Positions 58,156 through 64,000 of a stretch of 64,000 bases of DNA are shown here, piece by piece. The stretch is taken from NCBI GenBank assembly GCA_964657565.1, contig CAZZVQ010000009.1, positions 15,380 to 79,379 of the forward strand, in the 5' to 3' direction. Each line of letters begins with the position of its first letter. Positions within the stretch are counted from its first letter, which is position 1. This DNA is from an uncultured Acetobacteraceae bacterium (GTDB taxonomy: Bacteria; Pseudomonadota; Alphaproteobacteria; Acetobacterales; Acetobacteraceae). Under the pieces are notes generated by a model, which did no database searches, was not told the DNA's origin, and saw nothing but the letters and a program-made list of their open reading frames with translations. The position numbers and the translations under genes are program-made.

Positions 58156-59487
58156 ATGTCACGCATCCTTCAACGCAATCTCGGCTCGGTGCCCGACACC
58201 GCCGTGCGGGGCGACGGCATCCGGCTGCACCTGGCCAGCGGCCAGGTGGTCATCGACGGCTCCGGCGGCGCGGCCGTCGCCTGTATCGGACACGGCAATG
58301 CCCGGGTCGCGGCGGCGATGGCGGCCCAGGCCGGGCGGATGGCCTACGCGCATACCGGCTTCTTCACCTCCGAACCCGCCGAGGCGCTGGCCGACATCCT
58401 GCTGGAGCACGAGCCCGGCGGGCTGACCCACGCCTTCTTCGTCAGCTCCGGCTCCGAGGCGATGGAGGCGGCGATCAAGCTGGCGCGGCAGTATTTCATC
58501 GAGATCGGCGAGCCCGGCCGCGTCCATTTCATCGGCCGCCGCCAGAGTTACCACGGCACCACGCTCGGCGCGCTCTCGGCCGGCGGCCACGTCGCCCGGC
58601 GCGCGCCGTACGAGCCGGTGCTCAGCCCGGCGTTCAGCAAGGTGTCGCCCTGCTTCGCCTACCATCACCAGGCGCCGGACGAGAGCGACGCCGACTATGT
58701 CGCGCGCCTGGCCGCCGAGCTCGAGGCGGAGTTCCAGCGCGTGGGGCCCGGCACCGTCGCGGCCTTCTGCGCCGAGACGGTGGTCGGGGCGGCGACGGGA
58801 TGCGTCACCGCGGTGCCCGGCTACTTCGCCGCCATCCGCGCGGTGTGCGACCGGCACGGCGCGCTGCTGATCCTGGACGAGGTCATGTGCGGCATGGGCC
58901 GCACCGGCACGCTGCACGCCTGGGAGCAGGAAGGCGTCACGCCCGATATCCAGGCGGTCGCCAAGGGGCTCGGCGGCGGCTATGCGCCGATCGGCGGCAT
59001 CCTGGCAGCGGGCCGGGTGATCGCCGCCTTGCGCGACGGCTCCGGCGGCTTCATGCACGGCCAGACCTATCAGGCGCACCCGGTCGCCTGCGCCGCCGCG
59101 CTGGAGGTGCAGCGCATCCTGCGTGACGACGATCTCGTCGCCCATGCCGCCTCAAGCGGCGACACGCTCGAGCGGCTGCTGACCGAGCGATTCGGCAACC
59201 ACGCCCACGTGGGCGACATCCGGGGGCGCGGCCTGTTCCGTGCCCTGGAATTCGTATCGGACCGGTCGCGGCGGTCACCCTTCGCGCCATCGGCGGGCAT
59301 GGCGGACCGGGTCAAGCAAGCCGCCCTCGACCGTGGGCTGGCGATCTATCCCTGTACCGGCACGGTCGACGGCGTCAGCGGCGACCACATCATCGTGGCG
59401 CCGCCCTACACCGTGTCGGACAGCGATCTCGGCGAGATCGTCGGCCGATTGGGCGAGGCGGTGGACGCGACCTTCGCGTCGGCCTGA
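58156..59487 (+). CDS. Class-III (omega) PLP aminotransferase
   Basis: It has SGSEAMEAAIKLAR, ILDEVMCGMGRTG, the PLP-lysine region DIQAVAKGLGGGYAPIG, and HGQTYQAHP. ATG at 58156. Confidence 0.85.
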   Translation: MSRILQRNLGSVPDTAVRGDGIRLHLASGQVVIDGSGGAAVACIGHGNARVAAAMAAQAGRMAYAHTGFFTSEPAEALADILLEHEPGGLTHAFFVSSGSEAMEAAIKLARQYFIEIGEPGRVHFIGRRQSYHGTTLGALSAGGHVARRAPYEPVLSPAFSKVSPCFAYHHQAPDESDADYVARLAAELEAEFQRVGPGTVAAFCAETVVGAATGCVTAVPGYFAAIRAVCDRHGALLILDEVMCGMGRTGTLHAWEQEGVTPDIQAVAKGLGGGYAPIGGILAAGRVIAALRDGSGGFMHGQTYQAHPVACAAALEVQRILRDDDLVAHAASSGDTLERLLTERFGNHAHVGDIRGRGLFRALEFVSDRSRRSPFAPSAGMADRVKQAALDRGLAIYPCTGTVDGVSGDHIIVAPPYTVSDSDLGEIVGRLGEAVDATFASA

Positions 59488-59539
59488 TATCTTCGTGTGG
59501 GATATTTACCCACGCGCCGCGTGCTGATATGTCGGGGAG

Positions 59540-60100
59540 ATGTCGCATGTCTCGTCCTTCCCGCTCCACCCGTTCGCCCTTCCCGAGTGGCGGCCCTGGA
59601 CTCGACCGGCGCCCGTCCCGGCCAGTGCGCCCGCGGAGCCGTCCCACGCGGTTTGCGCGGTGCGGCTGGGCGGCTTCGTCGGCGCGCTCTGGCGGGTCTG
59701 CGACGGTATGACGGCGTCGACCGAGGCCAGACAGCCGCTCCGGTTCGGCTGCGTCGTCGACGGGGAGCCGCCGGCGCCGCAGCTGGACCTGCTGATCCGC
59801 CTGGCGACGTTTCTGGTGTCCGACGCCGCCGACGCGTGCGCCACCACCGAGGCGACCGGCCGGTTCGACGTCCTGGTCGAACGCCGGCGGCGCGACGTGG
59901 TGCTGAGCGTGGAGCATAATGGCTGGTCGCGCCCGCCCGCCGTGATCGGCGGCCGAAGCCTCGCCTGGGCTCGCCGCCTCGCCGACGCCAACTCGGGCAC
60001 GCTGTCGCGGCGCATCGAGTGGGACCGGACGCTGACCCGGATCACCTTACCAGACCCGGGACCAGCCCGGGGGCCAGACCCGGGCCGCCACTCGACCTGA
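59540..60100 (+). CDS. Hypothetical protein with HWE/HisKA_2-kinase-like ATPase-type C-terminus
   Basis: The frame has very high GC3 across all 186 codons. The C-terminal VLSVEHNGWSRPPAVIGGRSLAWARRLADANSGTLSRRIEWDRTLTRITLP resembles the C-terminal catalytic region of HWE-type kinases. This is a weak, by-eye assignment. Confidence 0.5.
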   Translation: MSHVSSFPLHPFALPEWRPWTRPAPVPASAPAEPSHAVCAVRLGGFVGALWRVCDGMTASTEARQPLRFGCVVDGEPPAPQLDLLIRLATFLVSDAADACATTEATGRFDVLVERRRRDVVLSVEHNGWSRPPAVIGGRSLAWARRLADANSGTLSRRIEWDRTLTRITLPDPGPARGPDPGRHST

Positions 60101-60161
60101 CGCGGCGTCGCGCGCTATCCACCCTGACCGCGCCGCCGCTGGCGGGCGAACTGGAGACTGG

Positions 60162-61049
60162 ATGATGTTCAACGGCCTGTGCGCCTTCCCGATCACGCCC
60201 GCGACGGCTGAGGGCCGGATCGACACGGACGCGTTGCAGAAGCTGCTCGCGCGGCTCGTCGAGGCAGGGGTGGACTCGATCGGGCTGCTCGGCAGCACAG
60301 GGGCGTACCCGTTCTTCACCCGCGAGGAGCGGCGGCGCGCGGTGGCGGCGGCCGCCGAGTGTGTGGGCGGCCGGGTCGAGTTGCTGGTGGGGGTGGGCGC
60401 GCTGCGGACGGACGCGGCGGTGGCGCTGGCCGAGGACGCCAAGGCGGCGGGCGCGGATGCGGGGTTGCTGGCGCCGGTGTCCTACACGCCGCTGCTGGAC
60501 GCCGAGGTGCTGGAGCTTTTCCGCGCGGTGGCCGCGGCCGGGTTGCCGCTGTGCATTTATAATAATCCGGGGACCACGCATTTCGACGTGTCGCCCGAGT
60601 TGGTCGGGCGGCTGGCCGAGGTGCCGGGCGTGGTGGCGGTAAAGACCGGCGCGCCCCCGGCCGCCGAAGCCGCGCAGGCCGTGGCGACCCTGCGCGGGCG
60701 CGTGCCGGCGGGCTTCTCGGTCGGCTTCAGCGTCGATTGGCATGCGGCAGCGACGCTGATGGCTGGGGCTGATGCGTGGTACAGCGTCGTGGCGGGGATC
60801 TATCCGAAGACGTTCCTGCGCCTGGCGCGGGCGGCGGCGGCCAAGGATGCGGCGGAGACGGAGCGTCTGCAGACGCGGCTGGAGCCGCTCTGGCGGCTGT
60901 CGCGGGCGTATAGCAGCTTCCGGGTGGTGCATCTGGCGGCGACGCGGGCCGGCATCGCGAACGCGGTGCCGCAGCGTCCGCTCCTGAAGCTGAGCGGCGA
61001 GGCCGCCGCCGATGTCGAGCGGGTGCTCGAGGAGCTCGACCTCGATTAG
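60162..61049 (+). CDS. Dihydrodipicolinate synthase-family (class I aldolase) protein
   Basis: The pattern FPITP.......D...L..L......GVDSIGLLGSTGAYPF....ER...V...GR....VGVG...T......A..A...GADA....P.SY is present. The Schiff-base lysine context is VVAVKTG. Confidence 0.8.
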   Translation: MMFNGLCAFPITPATAEGRIDTDALQKLLARLVEAGVDSIGLLGSTGAYPFFTREERRRAVAAAAECVGGRVELLVGVGALRTDAAVALAEDAKAAGADAGLLAPVSYTPLLDAEVLELFRAVAAAGLPLCIYNNPGTTHFDVSPELVGRLAEVPGVVAVKTGAPPAAEAAQAVATLRGRVPAGFSVGFSVDWHAAATLMAGADAWYSVVAGIYPKTFLRLARAAAAKDAAETERLQTRLEPLWRLSRAYSSFRVVHLAATRAGIANAVPQRPLLKLSGEAAADVERVLEELDLD

Positions 61050-61059
61050 GCGATCCAGC

Positions 61060-61875
61060 ATGCGTCGGGGCGCCCTCGTCGTGCTCCTGCTCGCCCCGGC
61101 CGCCGCTCGTGCCGAGAGCTGCCACTTCACCGGCACCACCAGCCAGAACGGCCACCTCGCCGTCGAGGCCACCACGACCCAGGCGGACGGCCTGACCACG
61201 GTCGACGTCACCCTCGAGTTCACCATCCACGCCTGGATGACCGATTACCGCTACCTCGGCCAGGAGATCAGCAGCTGGCGCGGCGCCGAGTTGCAGTCCA
61301 TCGCGGTCAACCAGCGCAGCCTGGCCGACGGCGACATCAAGCGCCAGCAATGGGATGTCTTCACGCGCAGCGGCGCCCGGCTCGAGGGCTACCGCGTGCA
61401 GGCCAAACACCTGGCCGATTTCCGCCAGCGGCATCCCGGTTTCGTGGCGCACTGGGCGCCGGCCGATTTCGGCCAGCCCTGGCTCGACGATTATCGCCGC
61501 GCCACCCCGGAGCGCCGCCCCGACCTCGACCTTCCTGCCGCCGCAGCCCGCACCCCCCTCGCCTTCGCGTTCTATTGGAGCCGGTTCCTGCCCCAGGCCG
61601 GCGCCCGGGTGCCGCTCGTCCTGCCCAGCTTCAAGCGGAACAAGAGCACCGACCTCCGCCTTGGCCCCGCGACTCCTGGCGACGGCTGGTCGCGCTGGTC
61701 GACCGAACTGCACCACCCCAGCCTGCAAGCCTCGCCGGCGTCACTCGCCGCCGCCTGGGTCTCGCCGGACCACTACCTGCTGCAACTCGGGTTCGACATC
61801 CACACCGAGTGGGCGTCCGGACGGGCCATGCTGCACGCCGAGGGCTGCCAGGGCATCCAGATCAGGCCGGATTAG
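61060..61875 (+). CDS. Secreted protein of unknown function
   Basis: The ATG at 61060 gives MRRGALVVLLLAPAAARAES, a signal peptide. The frame has high GC3. 271 aa. Confidence 0.65.
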   Translation: MRRGALVVLLLAPAAARAESCHFTGTTSQNGHLAVEATTTQADGLTTVDVTLEFTIHAWMTDYRYLGQEISSWRGAELQSIAVNQRSLADGDIKRQQWDVFTRSGARLEGYRVQAKHLADFRQRHPGFVAHWAPADFGQPWLDDYRRATPERRPDLDLPAAAARTPLAFAFYWSRFLPQAGARVPLVLPSFKRNKSTDLRLGPATPGDGWSRWSTELHHPSLQASPASLAAAWVSPDHYLLQLGFDIHTEWASGRAMLHAEGCQGIQIRPD

Positions 61876-62333
61876 CGGGCGTAGTCGAGCGGGAGCGCAG
61901 TGGTCGACTTGATCGTCTCCATCGCGAAGCTCGCGCTGACGTCGTTCAGCTCGATGCGTTCGATCAGCCGCTTGTAGACGCGGTCATAGCCGGCGATGTC
62001 CGGCACCACGATGTGCAGCAGGTAATCGACATCGCCGGCCATGCGGTAGAAGCCGACCACCTCCGGCTGCGCCATCACGGTGGCGGTGAACGCCTCGGCC
62101 CAGTCTTTCTTATGCTGGCTGGTGCGGACGCTCACGAACACGTCGACGCCGAGATTGATCTGTCGCGCATCCAGCAACGCCACCCGCGCCCGGATGACGC
62201 CCTCGTTGGTCAGCCGCTGCACCCGGCGCCAGCAGGGCGACGGCGAGAGTCCGGTCTTATCCGCCAACTCGGCCAGCGGCAGCGAGGCATCAAGCTGCAA
62301 CCAGTAAAGAATCCGCCGATCCGCGTCGTCCAT
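61872..62333 (-). CDS. Lrp/AsnC-family transcriptional regulator
   Basis: It has MDDADRRILYWLQLDASLPLAELADKTGLSPSPCWRRVQRLTNEGVI (HTH) plus a C-terminal RAM/ACT-like domain. Confidence 0.9.
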   Translation of the reverse strand: MDDADRRILYWLQLDASLPLAELADKTGLSPSPCWRRVQRLTNEGVIRARVALLDARQINLGVDVFVSVRTSQHKKDWAEAFTATVMAQPEVVGFYRMAGDVDYLLHIVVPDIAGYDRVYKRLIERIELNDVSASFAMETIKSTTALPLDYAR

Positions 62334-62463
62334 GCAAAAATTTACCGCAAAAGAGTTCGATCGGGAATGCCGTTTGCTGGATCACCGTCGGATTCAGCCA
62401 AAATCGAAACCATTTTGCAAGGATTTGCCGGCATCCTCGACAACGTAGCCCAGGAGAGCACCG

Positions 62464-62685
62464 ATGGACGTGTCGTTCACCAAACACCCTGAAGCCGTTG
62501 GCGAGAGCTATGGCGAGCATTTCATGGTCGCGACGAGCTTCGGCAGCGCGATGATCCTCGGCGGTCTCGCCTGCATGGTGCACGGCATCCTGCCGTTCCT
62601 GTTCACCAGCACCGGGTCACAGACGGTCAAGCGCCTGCACGAGCGGATGGTCGTCTCCCGCCGGCGGGCGGAAGTCTCCGCCTAA
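62464..62685 (+). CDS. Small membrane protein (DUF6356-like from memory)
   Basis: 73 aa. The pattern HPEAVGESYGEHFMVATSFGSAMILGGLACMVHGILPFLF recurs in small alphaproteobacterial proteins. Confidence 0.6.
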   Translation: MDVSFTKHPEAVGESYGEHFMVATSFGSAMILGGLACMVHGILPFLFTSTGSQTVKRLHERMVVSRRRAEVSA

Positions 62686-63156
62686 TCAGCCATCGGCCCG
62701 CGGAACCCACGGGATCCGCGAAATCTCGATCCCTTCGTCGGCGAGCGCCTCGGCCTGCTCGGGCGTCGACTCGCCGTAGATGTTGCGCTTGTCGCTGTCG
62801 CCGCGATGGATGCGGCGGGCTTCCTCGGCGAAGGCGGGGCCGACGTAGTCGCTGGTCCGCTCCACCTCGGCGCGGATCTTTTGCAACACGGCGCGGACCT
62901 GATCCGGCAGACCGGTCACCGCGGTCTCGGCCGGCGGCGGCAGCGGAGCCGGCGGCAGCACTTCCACCTCGCCGCGCTGCCGCTTGCTGCCCTTGCGCGG
63001 GATCGAGGGCGCCATCAACCCGCGCGTCACGCTGCTGCTGCCGCACTCCGGGCATGCGACCAGGCCGCGCTCAGCTTGCACGTCGAACGCGGCACTATCC
63101 TTGAACCAGCCATCGAACGAGTGCTCGGCGGCGCAGAGCAGCGTGTAGTGGATCAT
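62686..63156 (-). CDS. DUF1178 family protein
   Basis: The segment MIHYTLLCAAEHSFDGWFKDSAAFDVQAERGLVACPECGSSSV is typical of DUF1178. Confidence 0.8.
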   Translation of the reverse strand: MIHYTLLCAAEHSFDGWFKDSAAFDVQAERGLVACPECGSSSVTRGLMAPSIPRKGSKRQRGEVEVLPPAPLPPPAETAVTGLPDQVRAVLQKIRAEVERTSDYVGPAFAEEARRIHRGDSDKRNIYGESTPEQAEALADEGIEISRIPWVPRADG

Positions 63157-63172
63157 CGAGCAGCGGGCAGCG

Positions 63173-63427
63173 TCAGGCCGCCTTCAGCAACGGGTCGAGC
63201 TGACCGGCGCGATCGAGCGCCACCAGATCGTCGCAGCCGCCGATGTGGCGGCCGGCGATGAAGATCTGCGGGACCGATGTGCGCCCGGAGCGCTGATTGG
63301 CCTCGTCGCGCTCCTTGGAGCCTTGCGGCGCCTTGATCTCGCGATAGGGCACGCCCTTGCGCTCCAGCAGCGAGATCGCCCGCTCGCAATAGGGGCACCA
63401 AGGCTGGGTATAAATCTCTATGGTCAT
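63173..63427 (-). CDS. grxC: Glutaredoxin 3
   Basis: The ATG at 63427 gives MTIEIYTQPWCPYCERA, which contains the CPYC active site. TSVPQIFIAGRHIGGCDD is also present. Confidence 0.9.
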   Translation of the reverse strand: MTIEIYTQPWCPYCERAISLLERKGVPYREIKAPQGSKERDEANQRSGRTSVPQIFIAGRHIGGCDDLVALDRAGQLDPLLKAA

Positions 63428-63467
63428 GATAAATGCAGTTTGGCACACGGGGGCGCCTCTACAAGGG

Positions 63468-64000
63468 TCAGCCGTCCCAATGCTGGGATCGCACCCGCGC
63501 GGCGGCCAGGACGTCGACCCGGGCGGCGCCGGCCGCCAGCAAGGCCGACACGCAGACTCGCGCCGTGGCGCCCGAGGTCAGCACGTCGTCGATCAGCAGC
63601 ACCCGCGCATCCCGGATCATCGCCACCCGCGTCGGCCGGACGGCGATGGCGGCTGCCATCTCCGCGTTGCGCCGCGCGGGGGACATCTCGGCCAACGGGC
63701 TGGTCGCCCGCACCCGGCGCAACGCGTCCAGCAAGGCCGGCCGCCCCGTCACCCGGGTCAACGCCCGCGCGAGGAGCGCCGCCTGATTGTAGCGGCGCGA
63801 CAGCATCCGCCGGCGATGCAGCGGGACCGGGATCAGCCAATCCGCCTCCCGCAGCAGCGCAGCCCCTGCCCTCGCCATCATCGGCGCCAGAGCGCGCGCG
63901 TTCTCGACCCGGTCGCCGTATTTGAACGGCAGGATCAGCCGCTTGGCCTGGTCGTCGTAGCGCAGCGCCGCCCGCGCCTCGCCCCAGGGCGGCGGGTCCG
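63468..64000 (-). CDS. ComF-family phosphoribosyltransferase-domain protein (partial, N-terminus beyond window end)
   Basis: It has the PRTase motif VLLIDDVLTSGAT. The segments WLIPVPLHRRRMLSRRYNQAALLA are typical of the ComF family. The reading frame stays open to position 64000. Confidence 0.8.
   Translation of the reverse strand, partial: DPPPWGEARAALRYDDQAKRLILPFKYGDRVENARALAPMMARAGAALLREADWLIPVPLHRRRMLSRRYNQAALLARALTRVTGRPALLDALRRVRATSPLAEMSPARRNAEMAAAIAVRPTRVAMIRDARVLLIDDVLTSGATARVCVSALLAAGAARVDVLAAARVRSQHWDG

Noticed and set aside
54194-59487. Canonical phosphonate (AEP) biosynthesis cluster or hopanoid hpnI/hpnL/hpnO-type cluster
   Set aside because: No PEP mutase is present, which is required for phosphonates. 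No hpnJ, hpnK, hpnH or shc genes are present, which are required for hopanoid side-chain modification. The resemblance is only partial, so the cluster is reported as unassigned.

Overview
This is a visibly high-GC window (roughly two-thirds G+C by eye, not computed). It has alphaproteobacterial hallmarks: mfd-sdhE-recG synteny, many 4-nt GTGA/ATGA gene overlaps, and many long antisense shadow ORFs. Positions 1-11511 look like the right arm of an integrated tailed prophage. In order it carries virion/tail-fibre proteins, two beta-helix depolymerase-like proteins, holin-like membrane proteins, spanin-like proteins, a GH24 endolysin, and three reverse-strand lower-GC cargo genes. It ends at a tRNA 3'-end fragment that I read as attR. 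The integrase, head genes and intact tRNA would lie left of the window. The rest is host DNA. It encodes a Cache-GGDEF cyclase, an ABC-F ATPase, SorAB-like sulfite dehydrogenase, a Zn-ADH, three paralogous orphan type-I solute-binding proteins and an MBL hydrolase. It also encodes an HTH/lipoprotein operon of unknown function and a 734-aa PLP decarboxylase. A 10-gene minus-strand string runs acyl-CoA ligase, crotonase, SDR, SBP, COG0523 GTPase, amidohydrolase, pobA, soluble hybrid histidine kinase, polytopic membrane protein, DUF1223. Further genes are MarR+MFS, DUF427, MATE, an MCP, mfd, sdhE, recG, a ParDE toxin-antitoxin pair, and pcaB plus a fused pcaD/pcaC. After these come a six-gene cluster (split TPP decarboxylase, GT2, methyltransferase, flippase-like protein, class-III aminotransferase), a DHDPS-family aldolase, Lrp, DUF1178, grxC and a partial ComF-family gene. 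I saw no rRNA, intact tRNA, CRISPR array, transposase or integrase in the window. No canonical defence system is recognisable. The best candidates for something undescribed are: (i) the low-GC three-gene cargo cassette at the prophage end; (ii) the ComDE-like/GT2/MT/flippase/aminotransferase cluster; (iii) a paralogous pair of secreted proteins plus the HTH/lipoprotein operon; (iv) a COG0523 GTPase translationally coupled to an amidohydrolase. A further oddity is a recurring pattern of convergent genes that abut or share stop codons. All family assignments come from motif recognition by eye and need HMM or structure searches.
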